From the NCBI GenBank assembly GCA_040218735.1, contig JAVJQW010000019.1:32001-96000 (forward strand): DNA of 64,000 nt, given 5' to 3'. Positions 47,852 to 56,719 of this stretch are shown one piece after another. How positions within the stretch are numbered: position 1 is the first letter of the stretch; each line of letters opens with the position of its first letter. Source of the DNA: Deltaproteobacteria bacterium. Its GTDB lineage: Bacteria; Myxococcota; Kuafuiibacteriia; Kuafuiibacteriales; Kuafuiibacteriaceae. Below the pieces are notes generated by a model. It saw only the letters and a list, made by a program, of their open reading frames with translations, did not search any database and was not told where the DNA came from. Position numbers and translations under genes: made by a program.

Positions 47852-47873
47852 TCCCAAGCTATACTCCCGGCCG

Positions 47874-50069
47874 GTGGGCGTCTTCCCCGAGCCGCGCCCC
47901 GAGAAGTTCGGGCGCTACATCCTCCTCGACCGCATCAACGTCGGTGGTATGGCGGAGGTGTTCCGCGGCAAGAGCTCCGGCGTCGAGGGGTTCGAACGGC
48001 TCGTCGCGCTGAAGCGCATCCTCCCGAACATCGCCGCCGACCAGGACTTCATCGACATGTTCGTCGACGAAGCCAAGCTCGCGGTGCAGCTTCAGCACGC
48101 GAACATCGCGCAGGTCTACGACCTCGGGAAGCAGGACGAGACCTACTACATCGCGATGGAGTACATCTCCGGCGTCGACCTGAGGTCGATGTGGGATCGC
48201 GCGCGCAACCGCAACCGGCTGCTCCCGATCGCGATGTCCTGCCACATCATGCAGAAGGTCTGCGAGGGGCTCGACGCCGCCCACCGCAAGAAGGACCAAG
48301 AAGGCAACGACATCAGCCTCGTCCACCGCGACGTGTCGCCGCAGAACGTCCTCGTGTCGTTCGAAGGTGAGGCGAAGGTGATCGACTTCGGCATCGCGCG
48401 CGCGGCGAACAAGGTGTCGAAGACGCAGGCCGGCGTGCTGAAGGGCAAGTTCGGTTACATGTCACCCGAGCAGGTGCGCGGCATCGAGCTCGACAACCGC
48501 TCTGACATCTTCGCGTGCGGTGTGGTGCTCTACGAGCTGCTCGTCGGCGACCGGCTGTTCCTCGGCGAGTCGGACTTCTCGACGCTCGAGAAGGTCCGCA
48601 ACGTGGAGCTCGTCCCGCCGACGCGCCTCAACAAGAACCTGTCGCCGCACCTCGAGCGCATCGTGATGAAGGCGCTCGCGAAGAACCGCGAGGATCGTTA
48701 CCGCTGGGCGAGTGAGATGGCGGAGGACCTCCAGCGCTATCTGTTCGCGACGAACCAACCCTTCGCGCGGACGGATCTGCAGCGCTACATGCAGCAGCAC
48801 TTCAAGGAGGAGATGGAGAAGGAGCGTCAGCGGCTGGACCGCTACAAGACGATCCACTACGCCGACTTCGACGAGCCCGCTCCGAGCCCCGCGCCGCGCG
48901 CGATGTCGGGGCGCGCGGACATCCCGACCGAGGTGTCGACCGGCCTGCAGGAGCAGGTGATGCAGCCGCAGGCGCGCTTCCCGTCGGCGCTGAACGCGGC
49001 GCCGATGAACCTGCAGCAGCCGTCGATGGACCAGCTGCCGCGTCAACCCAGCTTGCAGATGCCGCCTCCGCCGCAGGCCCCGCAGAAGGGCGGGTTGCCG
49101 ACGTGGGCGGCGGTGCTGATCGGCGCGCTGTCGGTGTTGTTGCTGGTAGCGATCGTCGGGATCGTCTACCTCAACGTCGCGAAGCCCAAGCCGGGCGCGG
49201 TGACGATCGAGTCCACCCCCGCGAACGCGGAGGTGCTGCTGAACGGCAAGGTCGTCGCGAACAAGACGCCGCTCACGCTCGACAACCTGGAGCCCTCGAC
49301 CTACGTGCTGACGGTGCAGGCCGAGGGTTACGAGACGGTGATTCGGCCGGTCACGATCGAGGACGGCGAAGCGCGCATCGAGACGATCGAGCTCAAAAAG
49401 GAGGTCGGCTCTTCGAGTGTCATCCTGCGCACCAAGCCGCCGGGGCTGAAGGTGATTGTGGACGGTCGCGATACGAAGCAGCAGACGCCCGCCACCGTCA
49501 CGGGGCTGTCCGCCGGCAAACACCAGTTCATCCTGCAGCGCGACGACGGCACGATCGTGCACCGCGTCCGGATGGATCTCGCGGAGGGCGCGGCGGAGGT
49601 GATGGAGGTCGACACGCGGAACCTCCAGCCGCTCCTCGACGTCGCGTCGGTGCCCTCGGGCGCGGCACTGCGCGTGGACGGGAAGCTGAAGGGCACGACG
49701 CCGGTGACGGTCGCGGGCCTACGCCCGGGGCGCGCGCGCATCCAGCTCGAGCACGAGGGGTGCGCCAAACACGAGCAGACGATCGAGCTCGAGCGCGCGA
49801 CGGTGGTGCCGCTGGAGATCACGCTGTCGTGCGGCGGCAAGACGTTCGACGAAGGGGGCTCGGCGGACGGGCGCATGGACGTCACGGCGACGGTGGTCGC
49901 GGACGTGTTCGTCGACGGCGTGCGCGTCGGCCGCACGCCCGTCATGGGCGTCGCGGTACCGCGGGGTCGACGGAAGTTGAAGCTGGTGCCGGTCGGCGCG
50001 CAGAAGCCGCCGTACGTGACCGAGGTCGTCGTCGGCGAGGGCGTCCGCAGCTTCCACCACCAGTTCTAG
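47874..50069 (+). CDS. Membrane Ser/Thr protein kinase with PEGA domains
   Basis: FGRY.L, GGMAEV, HRDVSPQN, DFG, KGKFGYMSPEQ, TM, repeated S.P..A.V..DG...G.TP. Confidence 0.95.
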   Translation: MGVFPEPRPEKFGRYILLDRINVGGMAEVFRGKSSGVEGFERLVALKRILPNIAADQDFIDMFVDEAKLAVQLQHANIAQVYDLGKQDETYYIAMEYISGVDLRSMWDRARNRNRLLPIAMSCHIMQKVCEGLDAAHRKKDQEGNDISLVHRDVSPQNVLVSFEGEAKVIDFGIARAANKVSKTQAGVLKGKFGYMSPEQVRGIELDNRSDIFACGVVLYELLVGDRLFLGESDFSTLEKVRNVELVPPTRLNKNLSPHLERIVMKALAKNREDRYRWASEMAEDLQRYLFATNQPFARTDLQRYMQQHFKEEMEKERQRLDRYKTIHYADFDEPAPSPAPRAMSGRADIPTEVSTGLQEQVMQPQARFPSALNAAPMNLQQPSMDQLPRQPSLQMPPPPQAPQKGGLPTWAAVLIGALSVLLLVAIVGIVYLNVAKPKPGAVTIESTPANAEVLLNGKVVANKTPLTLDNLEPSTYVLTVQAEGYETVIRPVTIEDGEARIETIELKKEVGSSSVILRTKPPGLKVIVDGRDTKQQTPATVTGLSAGKHQFILQRDDGTIVHRVRMDLAEGAAEVMEVDTRNLQPLLDVASVPSGAALRVDGKLKGTTPVTVAGLRPGRARIQLEHEGCAKHEQTIELERATVVPLEITLSCGGKTFDEGGSADGRMDVTATVVADVFVDGVRVGRTPVMGVAVPRGRRKLKLVPVGAQKPPYVTEVVVGEGVRSFHHQF

Positions 50070-50111
50070 TGCCAGCCGTTCCGAAGTCCGTTCCGAGTCG
50101 GAATGCTGGCA

Positions 50112-50996
50112 CTACGCTCCCGCTTCGAGCTTCGCGCGGTACGTCTTCTCTTCCTCGCCGAGGTCTTCGATGACGCTCGTGAGGTGATTGGCGATCGCGC
50201 GGTACGTCTTCGCGGTCGCGGGGGCGTCGAGGAGCTCGCCGAAGTCGACGGGCGCGCCGTAGACGACCACGACCGGGGTCCCCTTCTTCGTGAAGTTGCC
50301 CTTGATCTGCTTGTAGAGATCGTTACCCAGCCCGTTGATGAAGATCGGGATCACCTTGGGGCGCGCGAGGTGAATCAGGCGGCCGATCCCCGCCTGTGCG
50401 GGGAGGAGTTTGTAGGGATCGTCACGCATGTTGCGGCGGCCCTCGGGGTGGATGCCGGCGCCGCGGCGGTCGAGCTTCAGCGCGCGCGAAAGCTCGGTCA
50501 TGGCGACATGATTCAGGCTAATGCGTTTCTTGTCGCGGAAGATGGGCGGGTACATCGAGAACCAGCTCATGATGCCGTTCACGAAGAGGCCGAGCGGGTT
50601 GTCGTAGAAGAAGCTCGAGCGCACGGGGAACAGGAGGCGCTGCCTGAAGCCGTGGCGGTAGAGGATCATGTTCACGACGAACATGTCGAAGAACGAGCGG
50701 TGATTGCACGCGAGGACGACGCTCTGGCCCTCGCCGATGTCCGTGACGCGCTCGATTCCGACGGCGTGACGGATGTGTTTCGTGCAGTGGTGCACCCAGA
50801 AGACGCCCGGCACGCGCTGTCCCCACAGCAGGAACGCGTTGAGCCACTTCAGCTCGAACGTCTTGCGGACGAACCCGATGTTGAAGCGTTCGAGCCAGGA
50901 GAGGCGATCCTTCACGTCGGCGAACGACTCGGCGCGCGCGGGTCGGCGTGCGTCCTCTTCGGGGCTCGGGGCGTTCTCTGCGATCGGGGTGCCCAC
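50112..50996 (-). CDS. Lysophospholipid acyltransferase (PlsC family)
   Basis: NHRSFFD (HX4D), HPEGRR, VIPIFI; start uncertain. Confidence 0.88.
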   Translation of the reverse strand: MGTPIAENAPSPEEDARRPARAESFADVKDRLSWLERFNIGFVRKTFELKWLNAFLLWGQRVPGVFWVHHCTKHIRHAVGIERVTDIGEGQSVVLACNHRSFFDMFVVNMILYRHGFRQRLLFPVRSSFFYDNPLGLFVNGIMSWFSMYPPIFRDKKRISLNHVAMTELSRALKLDRRGAGIHPEGRRNMRDDPYKLLPAQAGIGRLIHLARPKVIPIFINGLGNDLYKQIKGNFTKKGTPVVVVYGAPVDFGELLDAPATAKTYRAIANHLTSVIEDLGEEEKTYRAKLEAGA

Positions 50997-51108
50997 GGCG
51001 ATGCCCCACACAATCAAAACGGAGCGATCCGCTCAACCGATGAATGCCCGGACGCGATGGAGCGTCCCAGCGCTTGACACCTCATCCATCTGGGAGTTTG
51101 TAACCGCC

Positions 51109-51786
51109 ATGCGAAAGACCACTCTGCTTCTCTGTTCGGCCGCTTTCCTCTTCACCGCTTCTTCGGCGCACGCCGGCATCAAGGGCTCGGTGAGCTACAA
51201 GGGCAAGGCGACCGCCAAGGCCATCGACATGAGCTCCGACCCGAAGTGCAAGAAGCTCTCGCCGGACGCGAAGTCGAACGACCTCGTCGTCAACGGCGGC
51301 AAGGTCCAGGACGTGTTCGTCTACGTGAAGAACCCGCCGAAGGGGAAGTACAAGGCCCCGAAGACGAAGGCCAAGCTCGACCAGAAGGGCTGCCGCTACA
51401 TCCCGAAGGTGCTCGGGGTGATGAAGAAGCAGAACATCGAGATCATCAACAGCGACCCGACGCTCCACAACGTGCACGCGTTCGCGAAGCGCGGTGAGTT
51501 CAACCAGGCCATGCCGAAGCAGGGTCAGAAGATCACCAAGAAGTTCAAGAAGGCGCAGGTGATGGTGCCGATCAAGTGCGACGTCCACTCGTGGATGGAG
51601 GCGTACATCGGCGTCATGGAGCACCCCTTCTTCGCGACCAGCGGCTCGGACGGCTCGTTCGAGATCCCCGGCGACGGCCTGAAGGACGGCGAGTACGAGG
51701 TCGTCTTCTGGCACAAGACGCTCGGTGAGAAGACCGCCAAGGTGAAGGTCGCGGGCGGCAACGGCGCGCTCGACTTCGGCTACTGA
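51109..51786 (+). CDS. Exported cupredoxin-like protein with carboxypeptidase-regulatory-like beta domain
   Basis: Signal peptide; DQKGC.Y.P, NSD..LHNVH, CDVHSWM type-1 copper ligands. Confidence 0.8.
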   Translation: MRKTTLLLCSAAFLFTASSAHAGIKGSVSYKGKATAKAIDMSSDPKCKKLSPDAKSNDLVVNGGKVQDVFVYVKNPPKGKYKAPKTKAKLDQKGCRYIPKVLGVMKKQNIEIINSDPTLHNVHAFAKRGEFNQAMPKQGQKITKKFKKAQVMVPIKCDVHSWMEAYIGVMEHPFFATSGSDGSFEIPGDGLKDGEYEVVFWHKTLGEKTAKVKVAGGNGALDFGY

Positions 51787-51795
51787 GCCATCGCC

Positions 51796-52491
51796 ATGGC
51801 TTCGGACACGGTGACCGTCGATCCTCCTCGCGAGTCCGCGGTGCAGTCGCGGATTGCGGCGATCGTCGGTTCACCGTGGTCCTGGCTCGCCTTCTTCGCG
51901 ATCGCGTTCGGCTTCCACATCGGCCGCGCGATGCTCGCGGACCCGCCGCGGGACCCGCCGCCCGTCCTCTACACGATGCCCGAGTTCCAGCTGACGGATC
52001 AGTTCGGGCGGGAGTTCGGATCGCGTGAGCTCGTCGGCAAGATCTGGGTCGCGAACTTCATCTTCACGCACTGCCCGACGCGCTGTAACGACCTCACGGA
52101 GTCGATGAAGAAGGTGCAGAAGCGCCTCAAGTACATGCGCGACGGCGTCTACCTCACGTCGTTCTCCGTCGATCCCGAGCACGACACACCGGAGCGGCTG
52201 CTCGCCTACGCCAAGAAACACGAGGCGAAGCAGTCGACTTGGCGCTTCCTCACGGGAGAGCTCGGCGCCGTTCAGGCGGCGGTCGTCGACGGCTTCAAGC
52301 AGCCGATCGCCCCCGGCGAGCCGCTCCCTGCGGACGACGAGATGCCGGTCGGGGACCGGCTCATGAACATCACCCACGGCACTCGTTTTGTGCTCGTGGA
52401 CCGCCAGCATCGCATCCGTGGGTACTACGAGACCGACGAAGCGAGCCTGGACGACCTCCTCGGCGACATCGCCCTCGTCGGCCTCGAATAA
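51796..52491 (+). CDS. SCO1/SenC copper chaperone
   Basis: N-terminal TM, FTHCPTRC, SVDPEHDTPE, ITH. Confidence 0.93.
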   Translation: MASDTVTVDPPRESAVQSRIAAIVGSPWSWLAFFAIAFGFHIGRAMLADPPRDPPPVLYTMPEFQLTDQFGREFGSRELVGKIWVANFIFTHCPTRCNDLTESMKKVQKRLKYMRDGVYLTSFSVDPEHDTPERLLAYAKKHEAKQSTWRFLTGELGAVQAAVVDGFKQPIAPGEPLPADDEMPVGDRLMNITHGTRFVLVDRQHRIRGYYETDEASLDDLLGDIALVGLE

Positions 52492-52583
52492 CCCTGGGAC
52501 ACCCGACCCCTCCGGAGGCCTCGGGTCCGCCATTGGTCCGCTGTTCGCGCGACCCGGTTCTGCGGGATCGTGGCGGCGCCGTG

Positions 52584-53237
52584 GTGCGTGTGCTGGTGGG
52601 CAAGACGATCGTGGAGCAGGACGGCCCTGCGCTCGAACGCCTGCGCGCCGACTATGCGCGCGTCGTGATGGACGTGGGCACCGGCGACGGGCGCTTCGTG
52701 CTGCGCGGAGCGCGCGACGACTCGGATGCGCTACACATCGGGATCGACGCGGTGGGCGACAACATGGTCGCGACCGCTCAGAAGGCGAGGAAAAAGCCGG
52801 GCAAGGGCGGCGCGCCGAACGCCATGTTCGTGGTGTCGGCGATCGAGCAGCTGCCGGAGGTCTTCGACGGTTGGGCGGACGCGCTCCACGTCGGCTACCC
52901 GTGGGGCTCGTTGCTGCGCGCGTTCGTCGCACCCGACCGGGACGTGCTCGACCGCATCGTGCGCCTCGCCAAACCGGGGGGCGCGATCTTCGTGCGCCTC
53001 AACCAGAGTGTCTTCGACGACGCCGAGTACATGACGCGGCTCGAGCTGCCTCCGTTCGACCCGTCGCGGCTGGGTGAAGCGCTCGTGGACGTGGGCTTCG
53101 AGGTGCAGAGCGCCGAGGTCCTCGCGGGGGACTCCGGGGAGCGGACGACGTGGGAGCGACGGCTGGTCGCGGGGAGTCACCGGAGGACTTACGCGATCAA
53201 GGGTGTGCGGGCCGAGGCGCGATCGACCGCCGTCTGA
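52584..53237 (+). CDS. 16S rRNA (adenine1408-N1)-methyltransferase, KamB/NpmA/Kmr-like
   Basis: VLVGK start, DVGTGDG, GID, KKPGKGG.PN..F...AIEQLP, YPWGSLL, TTWERRL, collinear with remembered KamB/NpmA sequences. Confidence 0.85.
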   Translation: MRVLVGKTIVEQDGPALERLRADYARVVMDVGTGDGRFVLRGARDDSDALHIGIDAVGDNMVATAQKARKKPGKGGAPNAMFVVSAIEQLPEVFDGWADALHVGYPWGSLLRAFVAPDRDVLDRIVRLAKPGGAIFVRLNQSVFDDAEYMTRLELPPFDPSRLGEALVDVGFEVQSAEVLAGDSGERTTWERRLVAGSHRRTYAIKGVRAEARSTAV

Positions 53238-53548
53238 GCTCACAGGAGACGGGAGTCTGAGTGTTCGGGCTGAGGCGCGATCTACCGGCGTCTGAGCTCA
53301 CAGGAGACGGGAGTCTGAGTGTTCGGGCTGAGGCGCGATCTACCGCCGTTTGATTTCATACGAGACGGGAGTCTGGTTGTGCGGGCCGAGGCGCGATCTA
53401 CCAGCGTTCGATTTCACACGAGACCGGAGTCCGCGTGTGCGGGCTGAGACGCGATCCACCGCCGTTTGATTTCACATGAGACGGGAGTCTGGGTTGTGCG
53501 GGCTGAGGCGCGATCGACCGCCGTCTGAATTTTCACAGGAGACGGGAG
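53203..53548. repeat. Tandem array, 6 x ~58 bp, no spacers
   Basis: Units start 53203, 53261, 53319, 53377, 53435, 53494; consensus GTGTGCGGGCTGAGGCGCGATCTACCGCCGTYTGAKYTCACAGGAGACGGGAGTCTGR. Confidence 0.95.
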
Positions 53549-53648
53549 CTCGGGAGGTTTGGGGGGGGCGCCGGCGCTTCGATCCGGTGCTTCGAAATTC
53601 GTTGGGCCAACGCGTTCTCGCGCGTTCGTTCCCGGTGGGGCGTGCTGA

Positions 53649-53686
53649 GGCATCTTTTGTCCTCACCGTCTCCTTGTGAATTTCAA
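53649..53686. repeat. Inverted partner arm of the palindromic repeat family
   Basis: GGCATCTTTTGTCCTCACCGTCTCCTTGTGAATTTCA resembles 41150-41189 and is complementary to the TGA..TCACAGGAGACGG part of the array units. Confidence 0.75.
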
Positions 53687-53714
53687 CGAACGGGCTGGGC
53701 GTTCGCGGCTGGGG

Positions 53715-54530
53715 TCAGAGGCTCACCGGAGGCAACGTCCCGTCGGGCGTGTCCGAGCCGCTGCTCGCGAGGACGACGCCGCCCACCACCGCCCCCGCCA
53801 CAACGACGGCGGCCGCGGTCCAGAACCACCAACGCGTGTAGATCGGCGGGTCCTCGGGCGTGGGTTTCGGGCGCGTGACGACCGCGGGTGCCGCGGTGCG
53901 TGCGACGACGACGGAGAGCGGCGCGGTCGCGTCGGCGACGGTGACGAGCGCGGCGTCTTCGCTGCGACCGACGAGGTAGTAGTCGAGGCGCAGCTGCGAC
54001 AGGCTCGGCACCTCGACCACGGCCGCCGCGCGATCTTCGCGACGGGTCATCGTGTGCCGTTCGAACGGCTCGTCACCCGCCCGCGCGTAGAGCTCGACCG
54101 CGACGAGGGCGTCGCGCGGGTCTTCGATGCGGGCGGAGACGACGACGCGACGCCCCTCGGGGATCGCGGTGACGTCGACGAGGCGCGGCGCGACCTTGGC
54201 CTGCGCGCGCTCGAAAACGGCGCGGATCTTCGGGGAGAGGCGGACGTCGAGGGTGTAGCTCGGGTCGATGGCGAGCAGCGCTTCGAACGCAGCCTCCGCG
54301 CTCTGCGGTTTGTCGCGCGCGACGTACGCGACACCGAGGAGCCGATACGCCTCGACACGATCCGCTTCGCCGAGGTCACGATCCTCGAGGGCGCGCTCGA
54401 GGAGCGTGATCCCCGCCTTGTACCGGAGCTCCTCGCGGATGAGGCGGTCGGCCTGGTCGATGCGCGCATCGGCCGCGAGCGCCGGGGCGGCCGCGAAGAC
54501 GCAGAGCACGAAGACCAACCGAGGGAGCAC
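53715..54530 (-). CDS. Exported TPR-like protein with C-terminal membrane anchor
   Basis: Signal peptide; AYRLLGVAY...AF..LLAIDP.Y.L....SPKI...F; PIYTRWWFWTAAAVVV, common in myxobacteria. Confidence 0.75.
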   Translation of the reverse strand: MLPRLVFVLCVFAAAPALAADARIDQADRLIREELRYKAGITLLERALEDRDLGEADRVEAYRLLGVAYVARDKPQSAEAAFEALLAIDPSYTLDVRLSPKIRAVFERAQAKVAPRLVDVTAIPEGRRVVVSARIEDPRDALVAVELYARAGDEPFERHTMTRREDRAAAVVEVPSLSQLRLDYYLVGRSEDAALVTVADATAPLSVVVARTAAPAVVTRPKPTPEDPPIYTRWWFWTAAAVVVAGAVVGGVVLASSGSDTPDGTLPPVSL

Positions 54531-54642
54531 CGAAGCGACCGTAGGGCCGGCCGAGGCCCGGGACAAGCGCCGTGCGTGGAGGTGGGCGACGGCGCACGCT
54601 GCCGATATCAACCTCACCCCGAGGCCTTATACTCGGCGACGC

Positions 54643-56490
54643 GTGGGCCGCGGGATACCGTTCGGGGAGTACCGGCTCCTCCGCCGACTGGGTTCGGGGG
54701 GGATGGCCGAGGTGTTCCTCGCGAAGCGCGAGGGCCCGGGCGGGTTCGCGAAGCAGCTCGTCATCAAGCGCATCCTCCCGCACCTCGCAGCGTCGGAGCG
54801 CTTCACCTCGATGTTCCTGCGCGAGGCGCGGCTGGCCGCGTTGGTCGACCACCCGAACCTCGTGCACGTGTCGAGCTTCGGGGAGATCGACGGCGAGTAC
54901 TACCTCGCGATGGAGTACGTCGACGGCTTCACGCTGGCCGACCTCCTCCAGCGCACCGCCGTCCTCTCACCCGGCGTGTCCACGCGCATCGCGGTCGACG
55001 TGCTCGACGCGCTGTTTGCGATCCACACCGCGAAGAGCGACGAGGGTGAACCGCTCCAGCTCGTGCATCGCGACGTCACCCCGCGCAACGTGATGATCAC
55101 GCGTGCGGGCGCGGTGAAGCTGCTCGACTTCGGCATCGCGGTGAGCGCGGAAGACGAAGGCCTGTCGTCGATGGGGACGCGCCAGTACATGGCGCCCGAG
55201 CAGTACGACGGCGTCGGGATCGATCACCGCGCCGATCTCTTCGGCGTAGGCGTGCTCCTCTACCTCACGATCTGCGGGGGGCTCCCGTTCCCGGGGCGCC
55301 CGCTCGAGCGCGCGAAGCGCCACCGCCGGATCCCGGAGGGCGTGTGGAAGGTCGTGAAGACCGCGTTGGAGCTCCACGCAGCGGATCGGCCGCCCGACGC
55401 CCGCGCGATGCAAAAGCCGCTGGAGCTGTTCATGGCGTCGCGCGGGGTCGAGGGGACACGCGCGCACCTCGCGGAGATCGCGGGGTCGCTCGCGCCGTCA
55501 CCGGCCGTGCGCGTGCTCTCGCGCATCACGCAGATCGGGCCGTTCACTCGGCGCACGGGAACGGTGGACGAGAGCGCCGTGGTCACGACGGGTCCGCGCT
55601 ACGCGCGGGTGGTCGGCGCCGGGATGCTCGCGGGGCTCCTCGGCGTCGGGACGTTCGTGCTCGCGGGCGGCGCGGATCGGTGGCTCGACGATTCGAGGGG
55701 GGAGGCCGTCGCGTTGGCGAGCGTCGGCGAGGGACTGGATGGCGAAGGCAACGACGCCCGGTCGGGTCAGGGCGGCTCAGGGAACGGTAGAGCGGGCGCC
55801 GCGATTCGAGGGGCCCGCGGTGTTTTGGGCGGGTCGACGGGCGAAGAGCGACTGCGCGACGACGCGAGGCCGGGCGCGCGCGAGGCGCTCCGCGGGCCAG
55901 CGACGGTGCGCGGCGATCGCCTGACCGAAGATGCCGAGCGCACACGCGATGCGGCGAGGACCAACGCCGCCACCGAGGAGGATGGCCGGAGACCACGCGA
56001 TCCGACGAGCACCGCGGACGATTCCGCGAACCGCGCGGAGGCCGACGACGCGACCGCGCGCTCGGCGGGCGACGCGACCGCCACGGGCGGAGACGACGAC
56101 GCGCGCGCGGACACCACCGACGAGGGGCGCGACGACCCGACGAAGGCCCGCGCGACGGAGACGACCCGCGGTCGAGATCCAAGCGAACCGGCGACGACCT
56201 CGAGGTCCGAGCGCACCGCAAAGAAATCCGAACGCACCGAGGCCCCCTCCCGGCGCGCCGCAAAGAAATCCGCGCGCAAGAAGGGCACCGGCCAGCTCAC
56301 GATCGACACGACGCCGTGGACCGTCGTCTACCTCGGCGACAAGAAGCTCGGCATGACACCGCTCCAAGGCGTGAAGCTCCCCAGCGGAAAGCACCGCCTC
56401 CGCCTCGCCAACCCGAACAGCGGCGCGGAAGCCTCCATCGTCGTCACAATCCGCGCCGGCCGCACGACCCGCATCCGCCGCACGCTGTGA
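54643..56490 (+). CDS. Membrane Ser/Thr protein kinase with C-terminal PEGA-like domain
   Basis: LGSGGMAEV, HRDVTPRN, DFG, GT..YMAPEQ, TM, acidic linker, PWTVVY.G..LG.TP. Confidence 0.93.
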   Translation: MGRGIPFGEYRLLRRLGSGGMAEVFLAKREGPGGFAKQLVIKRILPHLAASERFTSMFLREARLAALVDHPNLVHVSSFGEIDGEYYLAMEYVDGFTLADLLQRTAVLSPGVSTRIAVDVLDALFAIHTAKSDEGEPLQLVHRDVTPRNVMITRAGAVKLLDFGIAVSAEDEGLSSMGTRQYMAPEQYDGVGIDHRADLFGVGVLLYLTICGGLPFPGRPLERAKRHRRIPEGVWKVVKTALELHAADRPPDARAMQKPLELFMASRGVEGTRAHLAEIAGSLAPSPAVRVLSRITQIGPFTRRTGTVDESAVVTTGPRYARVVGAGMLAGLLGVGTFVLAGGADRWLDDSRGEAVALASVGEGLDGEGNDARSGQGGSGNGRAGAAIRGARGVLGGSTGEERLRDDARPGAREALRGPATVRGDRLTEDAERTRDAARTNAATEEDGRRPRDPTSTADDSANRAEADDATARSAGDATATGGDDDARADTTDEGRDDPTKARATETTRGRDPSEPATTSRSERTAKKSERTEAPSRRAAKKSARKKGTGQLTIDTTPWTVVYLGDKKLGMTPLQGVKLPSGKHRLRLANPNSGAEASIVVTIRAGRTTRIRRTL

Positions 56491-56690
56491 TCCCCTGGGG
56501 AGCCCGTCCGCCGATCGTGAAGTCCGCTGCGCAAACGCCAACGAAATCCGTAAGCGCCCGATCTCGCTCTGAATGATCCCCAACGAATTCCGCCCGACCG
56601 AGTGACCTGCCAAGTCGACTTCACAAGTCCGCGTCCCGTCGCGGCGCGCTCACCCGCAAAAACATCAACCACCTCCGCGCGCGGCCGCCT

Positions 56691-56706
56691 TGGCCGGCGT
56701 CTTGCT
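56691..56706 (+). promoter_or_regulatory. Probable sigma54 promoter
   Basis: TGGCCGGCGTCTTGCT = GG-N10-GC, 13 nt before ATG 56720, after a ~200-bp intergenic region. Confidence 0.6.
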
Positions 56707-56719
56707 TTTACCTCCACGC

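Noticed and set aside
51074-51102. sigma70 promoter or FNR box at TTGACA
   Set aside because: Perfect -35 but no convincing -10 or palindromic half-site
53203-53548. CRISPR array
   Set aside because: Units are contiguous with scattered substitutions; no unique spacers and no cas genes in the window
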